This document shows positions 42,005 to 53,640 of a DNA stretch of 64,000 nucleotides, in pieces. The stretch lies in the NCBI RefSeq assembly GCF_009914755.1, contig NC_060925.1. The stretch is one strand, 5' to 3'. A model generated the notes under the pieces. The model had not been told where the DNA came from. It made no database searches and saw only the letters and a program-made list of their open reading frames with translations. Position 1 is the first letter of the stretch, and each line of letters begins with the position of its first letter. Source of the stretch: the human T2T-CHM13v2.0 reference genome, Homo sapiens. The position numbers and the translations under genes were made by a program.

Positions 42005-43049
42005 CAACTAATGAAAGACCAAGACACATAATTACTACATTTCCTGGTTTCTGCCTGGCAAACTCAGAACAGGCCTACAAGTATCCCCAGCAAAAGCCTA
42101 CAGGTTACAAAACTGCCATTTTCTTTTTTATTTCCCATCTCCCCGCTAAAATCCCTCGCACACATATCCATAGTAAAGAACAAAAACGTCTATAATAAAG
42201 GCTGTATGAAAAAATATGGCTATATATTAACAATATTTTGGAAGATTTAAATCTTCCTATAAGCAGCCCGTCAATTCACAAAAACAAATTAAAGTCTTGA
42301 TTTGGAACAATATTCCCAGCTTACTTTAGCAGGTATCTTAAACTACAACTATTTAGCTAAGACAAAGAAGTAGATTATTTGATTGCTACAGACTTCGCGG
42401 TAAATGATTCAGCAACAGTGTATAGATAACACCACTGTGCTATTCTAGAAAATTTCATCAATCATTTAAAAATAGGACACACTCAAACAATGGGGGTCAC
42501 TTTGTGGGAAAAGTTTAAACAACTTATTTACACAGTAAGCAAGGATCTATCACTTTATCTAAAACACTGCAGAAGAATCACTAGCTTTAGGGTAAACGTT
42601 TGTAAAGTGCCTACTATGTACCAGGCAAGTAGTAGTTGCTTCACAGAATATACACGCTCCACACGCACGTTCAAATATCTGACATTTGTAGAATACTGTC
42701 ACTCATCTGATTTGACCCTGAGAATACCCATAGGCATGAACTTGCCAGTTTCACAGTTACGGAAAGAGAGGCCCAGGAAGTTAATTTGGCCGAGGTATCA
42801 CATCTGGTTCCGCGGGTTCTGGCCCTAGACTTGAGCCTTTTGACTCATAATCTAATCATCAGCTGCTATACAGCTCTAGTTACTCAAAAGCTCTTAGGTG
42901 TTCCACTGTCAGACTTTTAAATTAAAATTCTACTTGACAACTTTCGGTATTGTGCGTATTAGATGCTGTTAAGAATCAAAACACCAAAAAAAGCAAAATA
43001 TTGTTTGGAAGTGCATCGTCCCAGCATGTCGAAGTTCAAGCTCACTGGC

Positions 43050-43850
43050 TAATTTTGGAGAAAGCCCGCGTTTCCCCAGGCTGCCGGGCGCTCCCTCCCT
43101 CTTCCCCAGCAGAGAGCGGCGCCCAGCCTAGGGGTCCCCAAGCCCCTGAGGTAGCGAGGAGGTCTTCAGCCAGGCTCCGCCACAACCCGTGCGGCCACGA
43201 GAGGACGTCCCAAAGCTGGGCCCAACAACCGGTTGCTCCTCCGGACGGAGGAGGTGCCGAGACAGCGGGGCGCGGAGACACCACCTCCGCCAGCTCGGCT
43301 CGCACCGTCCGAGGACTACGCCGCGGCGCCACAGCCCCGCACCCGACGCCCAGAAGGGTGATGCCGACAGCCCCGAGAGTCCGAAGCCCCTGCGGCTTAA
43401 AACCCCGCGCCGAATCACCCCGACTCTTACCTGTCTGTACCTCAACGTTGTCTCCTGTGGCCAAGCTAGTCTCCCGGGTATCACTCGGGTCCGCTCCGTC
43501 CCGCCCCCGCAGGCCCTGCCGAAGGCCCCGTCCCGGCTGCAGCCCCACCCCCTAGCCCCGCCCTCCCTGGCAAGGCTCAGTTCTTATTGGCTCCTATTCC
43601 CACCCCTCACGCTATGCCCGCCTCCGACACCGCCCCGGCCGGCGGTGAGGGGAACCACCACGCCTCAAGTCCGCTGTATGGCCAGAACCTTGCCAGGACC
43701 TCGGTCACTGCAGTTCCAGCAGGCGGGCGACCAGTGTCACCGTCGTCCGGCCAAGCCCTCGAGCCAGAGCTCCATCGCCTTCGCCTGCCGTCGCATCGGC
43801 CCCACGGAGACGGCCCTATGCTTCATGTGAAGGTTTACTCTTCACAACTA
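43050..43850 (-). promoter_or_regulatory. DENND2C: CpG-island promoter, assigned to DENND2C
   Basis: Sharp rise in GC and CpG content; GC boxes near 43500 and 43556-43566; CCAAT on the minus strand at 43586-43590; no TATA; gene identity from known synteny immediately 3' of AMPD1. Confidence 0.85.
43431..43500 (-). other. DENND2C: Non-coding first exon (5' end approximate)
   Basis: Strong donor CAG|GTAAGA (GT at 43430-43429) inside the CpG island; no ATG in the exon. Confidence 0.75.
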
Positions 43851-44604
43851 CTCAACAAGATAAAGCCTGGCTTAATCAGGGAATCCAAGCACTGTTTCCT
43901 AGGCTGACCTCAGTGAGCAAACAATTGCACTACGGTGCCAACTTGAAACGTCAAGAGAAGCAAATAACTCTCGCGGCACCTCAGGCTTGGAATCTCAGAA
44001 CGGGGGTGCCTTGATACTCCCAGTGCGTGAGGTCAGCCCCCACGCCCTGTTGAGACACACATGCCTAAGCGCTCCGCCTGCAACACGCTCTTGCTTAGGT
44101 ATGTGCGTGGTGTTGTGCCTACTGCAAGCTGTAACCCAGTTTCACCGAGGCTGCGGGACAAGGATCAGTTGAGCCTGTTTCCCAGGCACTCGCTAACCAC
44201 CCCACCCCGCCTCGCCCCGCCCCACCCCACCCCACCCCACCCAGCCAGAGCCTCTTGGGTCTGGTGACCAAACTCTTCCTACATTTGTTCACACAGAGGT
44301 ACCAAAATAGAAGACTACCAGAAAGAGAGGTGTTTAGTTACGTATCACGGATGACTGTCACAAGCAAACTTAACCCAAACAATAAAGGTAGCATATCCCA
44401 AACCGTTGTGAAACTATCACCTGTAGACAGTAAAACAGAAATTACATTCTATGATGGGGGAAAAAAAAGTAATGACATACTTAAAAAAAATCATGTCCCA
44501 ATGAGGAAATAAATGTGGATATTGTTTGTAGTAAATTTTGCACACTGATCATTATGGGCTTCCCCCACCAAAAAAAAAAAATTCTTATATAATGTGTCTA
44601 TCTA

Positions 44605-45650
44605 TTTATTTATTGAGACAGGGTCTCTTTGTGTCACTCACACTGGAGTGCAGTGGCCCAATCATAGCTCACTTGAAGTCTCAACTTCCTAGGCTCAAAG
44701 AATCGTCCCACCTCGGCCTCCCAAGCAGCTAGTATTATAAGCATGCACCACCACCCCCGGCTAATATTTTTATTTTTATTTTTTTGTAGAGACAGGGTCT
44801 CGCTATGTTGCCCAGGCTGGTCTCCAACTCCCGAGCTCAAGCAGTCCTCCTGCCTCAGCCTCCCAAAGTGCTGGGATTACAGACATGAGCCACTGCACCC
44901 AGCCCAGAAATGTATTTTTTGACCCCTGCATTCAGGAAGATTATTTGGCAAAATAAGGCAGGTTGAATTCCAAGTATCACGTATGAAACCAAATTTATAG
45001 ATTAATAAATGAATTCACATGTATGTATTCTACTGCCCTCTCATGGGTAAGATGGAGATATACATAATGGTAGTTAATGCCCTTTGAAGTCTGAGAATAC
45101 AGTGTTTAATGTAGCAATTTGTACTATTTTGATGATGAGGAGGCCAAGGTAAAATAAAATCTGGTTCTTTAAAGGGTTCACAAATACTCAACAAACAAAA
45201 CTTCAACTTCAGAAATCAGGAAGAGATTCTTACACCAGAGCTAGTACAAACATGCCATCAGGGTTACACCTATGCTTATGGCTGCATGTGTAGAATATAG
45301 AAACGTGCAGAAATTTGCTTTCAATTTTTTTTCCATTTGAAAGTTCAGGCTGGGCACAGTGGCTCACGCCTGTAATCCCAGTACTTTGGGAGGCCAAGGC
45401 ACATGGATCGCTTGAGCATAGGAGTTTGAGACCAGCTGGGGTGACATGGTGAAACCGCGTCTCTACAAAAGGTTCAAAAAAGTAGCTGGGTGTGGTGGCA
45501 TGTGCCTGTAGTCCTGGCTACTCGGAAGTCTGAGGTAAGAGGATCACCTGAGCCTGGGAGGCCGAGGCCGCGGTGAACTGTGATTACACCACTGCACTGC
45601 ACTCCAGCCTGGGTGACAGAGCAAGACCCTGTCTCAAAAAAAAGAAAAAA
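44605..45650. mobile_element. Two divergently oriented Alus in the AMPD1-DENND2C intergenic gap (44605-44905 minus, 45348-45650 plus)
   Basis: Alu consensus in both orientations. Confidence 0.9.
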
Positions 45651-46559
45651 GTTCATTACTTTTGAAGACATTTCACAAAATTCTATTTTTTACTTGTAGC
45701 CACACTATAACTTCATGCTGAGGACAACTAGAGGATAGGAATGAAATCTTATTCTGTATACCTTTGGTGTTTAGAATAGTACCTGATAATTTAGCTATTT
45801 GATCAATAATTGTTTATTGAATAAGTTGAATGAAATGTCAGCCCAGCCACTAGATGCCAACACAGTTGTATGTGTGGAAGTATCATCTGCCCATTTGGAA
45901 TTTCACCTGACCTTAAGTAATAGGCATGCTTCTTAAAAGTTATATGTACATTTTACTTTGGTAAGCAAAATCATTTAAAATGTACCAGTTTAGCTCACTA
46001 TAATCTTATTGTCAATTACATCCTTAAAGCTAAGAATCCTTTTGTAAGATAAATTCTCCCTCAATATAATAACTCATAAATACTGATTTTCTATATTGAG
46101 GTACGCCCTCTGGTTTTGTCTAAAAAAGCCACTATTCACTTATACCTTGTCAAAGAACTTTTTAGTGGTTCTAAGTGCCTTAAGCAAATTTCATGCTATA
46201 AACCAGAAGCCTATCTCCCAAAAAGTCATTTGCTTGTATTTTTGCCCAGCTTTAATAGATATTTTGCCTGAAAGTCATAGAGACTGCAGTCAGAGAAACC
46301 CACGTTCCCACTGCTACCCTTCACCAGGTATATCCTTGTGCAGGTTATTAACCTTATTAGCTTTAGTGTACTAATTTCCCCCAAAATGGAGATAATAATA
46401 TCTACTTTATAAAGGTTGTGAGAAGGATTAAATGAAATAATTTCAGTGGAACATCTAATACTTTCCTTGGTTTATAGTAGGGACTCAATAACAGGTAACT
46501 ATTATTATTCAAACTCTACAATGAAATTCTCACTCATATTATTATTTGGTTTACTTTTT

Positions 46560-46565
46560 TTTATT
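46560..46565 (-). terminator. AMPD1: AATAAA poly(A) signal overlapping the AMPD1 last codon and stop
   Basis: Minus strand reads GAA TAA AAAAAA G; the next minus-strand AATAAA I found is at 45813-45818. Confidence 0.7.
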
Positions 46566-46719
46566 CTGTTGATTTAAGACCCTCAGCAATTAAATTGAGT
46601 TCATAACACCAGGTTTCATAGCGATAGGCCATGCGGATTTGGGCTACATTTGTCCTCCGGATATCATTTCCAGCAGGGCCTTCCTCAAGGTAATTGTCGC
46701 CCAGAAACTTTACTTTCTC
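46561..46719 (-). CDS. AMPD1: AMP deaminase 1, terminal exon 16, coding part (159 nt including stop)
   Basis: tatag|GAG AAA GTA...; [52 protein letters not shown]; exons 3-16 total 2210 nt, giving 747 aa with a 34-nt upstream CDS. Confidence 0.97.
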   Translation of the reverse strand, partial: EKVKFLGDNYLEEGPAGNDIRRTNVAQIRMAYRYETWCYELNLIAEGLKSTE

Positions 46720-47085
46720 CTATAAGAGAAAAGGATGGCAGAATGATTGTTGTCTCTTTTCACCCTGGTATAGACAATAATTGCATTCTTTACAAAAATT
46801 CCTTCCTTATGTTAGCCACTGACAAAAGAATAATAATAATAGACCATTAAAAGCACCCATCTAGTGCCTCAGTGTTCACAGTCTGCTGAGAAATCAAGTG
46901 TATTTTACTTCCCTGGCCCAAAAGGCACAGGCAAAGAGATAGAATAATCCCTTCTAGTCCCTGTCCATAGTAACTGCATATGATTCGTGGAACAATTTTT
47001 CTACATGTGTTTCCCAACTACTTTTTCGGTATTCAAGTTAGCAGACCCTATACTCAGAAGGGAAGCCATTTGAAGACAGGTCTAC

Positions 47086-47196
47086 CTCATGAGAAATTCC
47101 ACACTGCAAGACACTGTTCCTTGCCACTTCGCACATATCACAGGTGCTCAGCTTGAAGACTTGTGCAGCAATAGCATATTCTTCCATTAGGGGCTC
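47086..47196 (-). CDS. AMPD1: AMP deaminase 1, exon 15 (111 nt)
   Basis: tgcag|GAG...GAG|gtagac; [37 protein letters not shown]. Confidence 0.97.
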
Positions 47197-47355
47197 CTGC
47201 AGTTATATTAAATGAGGAAAAAAGAGGAGTGAATTAATAAATAATATGCATCCTGCCTGAAAAAATAATGAAATACCTTTATTTGACTTTCAAATTCTGG
47301 ACGGGAAACAACAGTCCAGCAAAATATGCTTGTATTGCCCAAGTCCATACTATAC

Positions 47356-47529
47356 CTTGGTAAAGTGGAATTGCATTGGGTCATCTGTAGACAGTGAGAT
47401 CATTAGCCCTTTCTGAAGGAAATCCAAAAAAGGATTTTTGGCATACTCTAGAAATAGGCTATTGTTACTTAGTGGTGACATGGCGATGGGAATTTGGGCT
47501 AAGAAAAACAAGTACTGTAGCACGGGACT
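47356..47529 (-). CDS. AMPD1: AMP deaminase 1, exon 14 (174 nt); SLSTDDP signature
   Basis: ttcag|AGT...AAG|gtatag; [58 protein letters not shown]; SLSTDDP is the adenosine/AMP deaminase signature. Confidence 0.98.
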
Positions 47530-48198
47530 CTGAAAAAGAAAAGTAAAAAAATATTTAAAGATGTTGAAAAAGGAATACAAACTAGAAACACTACAATCTC
47601 ATGGTCTGCCTTAAGCTTCAGCTTTCAACAAAATTATCACTTGTTCTTCAAGTCTCTTAGTAAGGAGAATTTAGGAGTTTTTCAATGTAAATGCTATTTA
47701 GAATAAATGTATTTAGTATACATTAATTTTCAGAAACATTGAGTCAAACCAGATTGTTTATTTGATCTATAATGGCCTACGTTAGATGGTCTGTTTCAGG
47801 CAAAAGACTTTGCCTTGAAACATTATTTTTTCTCTCTCTCTCTACAAGAAAGTTCTGACTCTCACAAAAAAACATCTTGAAGCATGCTATAACAAGAAAT
47901 CTGGCAAAAACTAGCTTAAGGAAAGCCAGGCCATCTCTGAATTATCCCTTGTCAGGATTCTAAGCTAGAAGTCAGGAGATCTGCGTTAACTTTTATCTGA
48001 CAGCAACTAGCAAGGTAATCTTGAGCAAGTCCCTTTACTTCTTTCTGTAGAATGAACTGCACTAAACTAAAAAATCTTTTATGCTCTACTTGATTATGAT
48101 TGCAGTGTCGATAATGACTTGTGACAGTATGGTTGGTTAAGGGAAAAAAGATTCCTCTAGCTCCAATGTAAAAGTTAAGAAGAGAGCTTCCAACTCAC

Positions 48199-48319
48199 CT
48201 TTTTTAAATTTAGGCCATGAGAGATATCATCTGCTATCATGAATGCTGTCATGAGATGGGTGAGGGCTCCAGCTTCTCCACAGTGAGGTCGGAACAGAAA
48301 CGTATTCATGCCTCGTTCC
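48199..48319 (-). CDS. AMPD1: AMP deaminase 1, exon 13 (121 nt); catalytic RPHCGEAG motif
   Basis: cccag|G...AAG|gtgagt; [40 protein letters not shown]. Confidence 0.97.
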
Positions 48320-48976
48320 CTGGGGAAATAGAACTGCTATTGGAATCGCAGGTTCTGGGTATGGAGTGATTCACAAGAAAATTCAGTAGAAAAGTGAACA
48401 CTCTGGAAGGAAGTAAGCCATCCAAAGGATTCAGCAAAACAGTCCCAAATCATAATCTTAATTCTTGCTAAATACAAAGTTTCCAAAAAGAGGCAGCAGA
48501 GGATATGGGGGTAAGGAAGCAAATAAAGTGTTGATTGCCTGGATGGAAATACGTTCAGTCTCAATAGGAAATTTACCAATATCAACATCTCATCATTTAT
48601 TCTATTCTATTCAAATTTTAAGGGAGAAATGTTTCCAGAAAACTCCAGTATAATATTCCTCTACTTATTCCTTACCCAAATATATCAAGAAGGGCAAAAT
48701 ATATGAAGTTTTATCATTAATTGCACAATGATTAGTATAAATTCCTAAACTTCCCAAAAAAAAAGGAACTGTGAAAGTTATTGAAAGCATCGAAATACCG
48801 ATTTCTGCCCCAAAATAAATAAACTGAAGAAAAAAGTTAAGAGAAAGAAATTTCTGATTTGGGCCAATTGGAACCATCACAGTAATGCATGAGGCCCCTG
48901 ACCACCTTAATTGCCAATATATGTGGAAAGAGCTGTGTCAAATAGACCCTCCTAGCTCCAGCTGTCTCCTACTTAC

Positions 48977-49140
48977 TTTCTCAGGCTGTTGAGCACCATG
49001 ATGTTTGCATACATGTAGTAGGCATAGTAAGTGTAAGATGGATTCTTTTCCAATGTCCACTCCTGGGGCTTGGGACTCTTGGAGGAGAACATGTGGCCAC
49101 TGTGTTTGGACTCATCATCCACACTGTCAAAGCCAGTGAT
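48977..49140 (-). CDS. AMPD1: AMP deaminase 1, exon 12 (164 nt)
   Basis: aacag|ATC...AA|gtaagt; [54 protein letters not shown]. Confidence 0.97.
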
Positions 49141-49323
49141 CTGTTAGGAAAAGTGAGCCATGCAATGGGTTCAGTCCAACTTCAGGGTCCCAGTCCTCAC
49201 ACAAACTTTCAGGTCCAAAGGCACAGACCAAACATAAAGAGATAAGCACCAAGAATTAGTCATGACCAGGTAGGAAGGCTGGTTCATGAGCAGCAGTATG
49301 AAGGCCTGAAGGGTCATGCTTAC

Positions 49324-49450
49324 ATGCTTGAGGAAGACACTGAGTTCTGGGTCAGCCTGGGGGTTGATGGTGGCCTCAAACACTGGCATGAAAATATTCT
49401 CCAGCATTTTTCCAAAATGTGGAAGGAAATTCTTGGAACGGAACACATCA
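49324..49450 (-). CDS. AMPD1: AMP deaminase 1, exon 11 (127 nt)
   Basis: tctag|T...CAT|gtaagc; [42 protein letters not shown]. Confidence 0.97.
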
Positions 49451-49849
49451 CTAGAGGCAAGAATGAAGAGAATTTAGGAGAAAAAAAGATTTTTAGGACT
49501 GATAGCCCCAGTATGAGGGAACCAGAGAATCGAATGTCATGCACAGGAAAAGACGTGGTATATCTATCCTAGGTCCATGCTCCTCATACATTCTTTTTGG
49601 TCCCCTATAGAGAGGGATTCAGTTTGGGCAGCACATAGGAAATAAAAATTTTTTGGTGGACCCTATGTCCCCATCTTTTTTACAAACCTTTGTCATAAGA
49701 AAACTAAACCTTCACAGCTAAGTCCTCATAGAGGAATATGCAATTACGTCATAAAAGCTTCAATATATGTGTGTAACTACAAGACAGTGAACAGGAAATG
49801 ATTACCAAGAATACCTCTGATCTGCAATTTAACAAACTCTGATATAGCA

Positions 49850-50100
49850 TTTAATATATTCCAAGCACTCTTCTAAGTGACCAGAAATATTAGCTAATGT
49901 AATCCTCATAACAACTCAATAAGTTAGGTATTGTTTTTAACCTTGTTTTAGAGATGATGAAACTAAGGCACAATGGGGTGATATAACTTAACCCAAGGTA
50001 ACACAGCTAAATGGTTGTGTTACCTTGATTTAAGTATTGCCAGGATTCAAGTATCACCACTCTGGGTCCAGAATCTATACTCCTAACCAACCTACTGCCT
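49850..50100 (-). mobile_element. MIR SINE in AMPD1 intron 10
   Basis: aatcctcataacaac...gatgatgaaactaaggcac...aacttaacccaaggtaacacagcta. Confidence 0.7.
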
Positions 50101-50797
50101 CTCTGCCTATTAGGAAGTATTATCCCAGTCAAAAAATTACTTTTTTTGGTTAAAGAGACAGGATGAAACTCTTGCATTGCAGTAGGTCACACAGAACACA
50201 AAGACAGGTAGCCAGAAAACATATAAACACCCAAGTTAGATAAAAGATCAATGATACTGAACAAACTGAAAGAGAAGCCATCCCTGAAGGCGATGAATGA
50301 TAGCAGGTGGTATGAAAGGGAGATGATGTCCTCAGCAATACCATTGATAAATACTCATTGATTGTGGAGAACTTGAGCACTTGTAGGTGGGACAATTGAC
50401 AGACAGTAGTAAAGGTTCTGATACAAGAAAGCCACATCCCAGTAGAGATGAGCATGGGAAGGAATGGACTTGACACAGAGAAGACCAGGTGAAAGAAAAT
50501 GTATACCAAACTGTACATAGTTCTTATTCTATCTTAGTTTTAATCATTCTCAGTGAGTTATTTATGATCTTCATAAAGCTAGAGGACTGATCCGAAATGA
50601 TCTTCTTAACTCCTGTCTGTGGTTAAGAGTGCTGTACCCAGAGTGGACAAAACCAAGCATGCAGGACCCGATAGTGAATGCTGTTTTAACAAAGCTGATT
50701 TATTTCTAGATGGGCAACACGTTCCTTGTTCATACAGGGGACTTGAAGCAGATGAGACAAGGGCAGGCTCTAGAGTTTCTGATGGGCAGGTACATAC

Positions 50798-50961
50798 TAG
50801 ATCCTGGGAACCTGGATCATCCATGTCATGTTGGGGCAGTGGATGCGATTGCAGACGAACCAGGAGGAGAGTTTGCTCCACTCATCAGGACTGCGGCCAT
50901 AGATGGACAGGCGGGGCTCAGCATGCTGGTACTTGGCCTCCACCAGGTCCGCACCTACCTC
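50798..50961 (-). CDS. AMPD1: AMP deaminase 1, exon 10 (164 nt)
   Basis: tgcag|GAG...TA|gtatgt; [54 protein letters not shown]. Confidence 0.97.
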
Positions 50962-51205
50962 CTGCAAAGCCAAGAGAGAAGTCCAAGCCAGGGATTCCCA
51001 CAAGTTCCTCTGGGGTTCTAGGGAGAGGAGATTCCCTTTCTAACTCTTCCTTTCAGAATCTGAAAAGGCTAGGTCCTTAATCAATCTCAAAACCACACCC
51101 TTAATTTCTCTACCTTAGCAATAGAGGTCTTCAAAAATCATTAGAGTGGATGTGTCAGAGGAAATCCTTATATTCATTTGTGTAGTGTTTGGCCCCAGGG
51201 ATCGC

Positions 51206-51320
51206 TCCCTCCCTCCCTCCCTTCCTTCCTTCTTTCCCTCTCTCCCTCCTTCCTTCCTTCCTTCCTTCCTTCCTTCCTTCCTTCCTTCCTTCCTTCCTTC
51301 CTTCCTTCCTTCCTTCTTCC
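51206..51320. repeat. (CCCT/CCTT)n microsatellite including a perfect (CCTT)17 at 51248-51315
   Basis: Direct reading; lies in the 411-nt AMPD1 intron 9. Confidence 0.95.
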
Positions 51321-51372
51321 CTTTCCTCAAGAACCATGCCAGATACCATAGATGTGATTGGTTCCGCCTCAC

Positions 51373-51504
51373 CTTGATGATAGTGGCAAAATATTCCCCA
51401 TTAATGTAATTGTCTGTCTTCAAGTAGAGGTCCCGTAGCTCACTTGCTCCTACAGGATTATATTTGTCATTGAACTTATCAAAACGCTGGAAGGTCTGGC
51501 GTCC
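51373..51504 (-). CDS. AMPD1: AMP deaminase 1, exon 9 (132 nt)
   Basis: ttcag|GGA...AAG|gtgagg; [44 protein letters not shown]. Confidence 0.97.
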
Positions 51505-51795
51505 CTGAATCAGGAAAAAAGAGCAGAGATGTATTATTACCAGAGCTGTCTGGACAGAGAGAGCTAGGAAATAGTCAAGCAGAACTGGGGTCTGGTAGTG
51601 GGGGAGGGCATTGGGCTCCAAGAATGGAATTTGGGACAGGTGACAATGAGCAAACTTCAAAATTGTCTGTGGTGCTTTCAGGCAGCGTGGTAAGCCAAGA
51701 TGGTTAAGAGACCTCTGAGAAGGGAGGGCTTGTAGGAGAAAGACATGTGGGGTTCTGAGTATTAGAGTGAAACTGACATTGCCGTTTCAACCTAC

Positions 51796-51990
51796 AGCAT
51801 GAACATCCAGAGAATCAACAGTCAGGTCATAAGGATGCATTTTTAATTTAGCAAAAAGTTCCTTTAGGGTCAGATTCTTCTCTTTGGTGCTATAGACCAC
51901 TCTGTCAGCATCAATTTGGTAAGATTTCTTAATAAAACGCAGCAGATGTTTCTGGTTCATGCAAGCGGCTGCATGGATATGGGTGTCCAC
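51796..51990 (-). CDS. AMPD1: AMP deaminase 1, exon 8 (195 nt); HxH zinc-ligand motif
   Basis: tacag|GTG...GCT|gtaggt; [23 protein letters not shown]...[10 protein letters not shown]; DTHIH is the amidohydrolase metal-binding motif. Confidence 0.97.
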
Positions 51991-53041
51991 CTGTATGTAT
52001 ATTCAAAGAAAGAAAAAAACATCAATCAGCCTTAGTTATGCTACTCTGTTTAGAGGATATGGTGCTGCAAATCCCACTGCGTTGGGACAAAGTGAATAAT
52101 GAGGATGTGAGCTGACAGTTGGTGGAGGTGGTCCAGCAATAAAAAATCCATTACAACTGTGGCGTGCCCATGCAAGGATGTGAAAGGTTAGGCTAGAGGC
52201 AATAAGAATGCTTGCTTCTTCTGTATATCTGTACATCCAATTTATTTCCTACGTCTGATCCACACATTCTTCTGGACCATTCTTCACTCCTAAAACACAG
52301 CTGGAAGTGAAGTAACTACCATAACTTTCAGCCCCTAAGGAGAAAGGATTGAAATTATGAAGCCATGACACAGTGATGGCTTTTATGAGGTAGATATTCT
52401 TATAACTAAATTTTATACACTGAAATTTCAGCAGATTAAGTAATTAGTCCAAAGTTGTATAGGCAGCTGAGCCAGGATTTGGGCCTGAATCTCTGCTCAT
52501 ATATTTCCTATTCCCACTTCCTTGTAATCATTTTAATGGTCAGAATACATCTTGGAAGTGTGTCTAGTTTATTGGATTTCACAATCTCTAGGCTAGCTCA
52601 TTTGATATTCACAATCCTCACGTGAACTGGATTGTGCAGGTGTAGTTCCCAATTTGACAAATGAAGACACTGAAATGAAAATATGTCATCCCTTCCTCCA
52701 AGGTCTTACAGTCAGGAATTCAAAGAAAAAGGACTAGAAGGAAGATCTTTCAAATTCTAGAATGGTCATTTTTGATGTTTTGTTGTTGTTGCTATTTTCG
52801 TTGTTGAGGATAACTATAATTTTTTGTGCCAAAAATGTGGCAAACCTTTCTATGGGGAAAACGATAGAAATGGCACTTAACCCTAACCCATTGGACATAA
52901 TCTATTATCTGTTTTTACTAAAATCCACTGAACCTGTAGAAATCTTAGATTAATCAGAAACACACTCTTTTCTTGTGCTTCTCAATAAATAATTGAATTG
53001 TTTTTGCCCAGGAATTACCCCTGAGCAACTAAAATGTTTAC

Positions 53042-53171
53042 CTTCCTGCAGTTATAAAAATCTCGGTGGGGGTTGTTTTTCAGCTCCTTTAACTCGTCCA
53101 TCTCGTTAAGCATCTGATGGACCTGGAACTTGGAGGAGAGGAACTTCAGGCGCCGGTGGGTATAGGTCTTA
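53042..53171 (-). CDS. AMPD1: AMP deaminase 1, exon 7 (130 nt)
   Basis: cacag|T...AAG|gtaaac; [43 protein letters not shown]. Confidence 0.97.
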
Positions 53172-53409
53172 CTGTGAAAAATAAAATCACATAATTCCAA
53201 AAAGTTTCAGGCATTCAAGAAAAACAGTCACAATTTCAAAACTATCAGGACCTTTATCATTCATAGGAAATAATTATTGGAACAAACCTTTTAGTTTACT
53301 CTGCAGTTAATCCCACTGAGAAGTAGTGGGCTCCAAAGGCTTAATCTTTTCAATAATGTTGGACATAAGAATGAGGGAGAACTTGGAAAGGTATCTTAAA
53401 ACTCAATGG

Positions 53410-53640
53410 AGAGAGTGTTATTCAAAGTTTGGGGTCAGCAGATTCGAGTGTGAATCCTGGCTCAGCCAGCTGTGTCACTTTAGGCAAGTTACTTAAGTCA
53501 TCAAAGTCTCAGCTCATAAAACTGGAATTATGAAAATAACCACCTCACAGTGAAAAGTGTAAGCAATAAAAGGAACAATGTGCATGAAGGGCTTAATACA
53601 GTGTTTGAACATAGTAAGCATTTAGTAAATACTTAGTCTC
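53410..53640 (+). mobile_element. MIR SINE in AMPD1 intron 6
   Basis: tgaatcctggctcagccagctgtgtcactttaggcaagttacttaa core. Confidence 0.7.

Noticed and set aside
42950-43907. Long overlapping ORFs (201, 213, 168, 118, 106 aa) on both strands
   Set aside because: Expected stop-codon scarcity in a CpG island; Pro/Arg/Ala/Gly-rich, no recognisable domain, mostly non-ATG starts; the sense ORF runs through the exon 1 donor
50606-51080. 153-aa and 103-aa plus-strand ORFs
   Set aside because: Antisense shadows of AMPD1 exon 10 with no independent gene signals
51115-51660. 181-aa ORF with EGRK repeats
   Set aside because: AMPD1 exon 9 plus in-frame intron reading through the GGAA microsatellite
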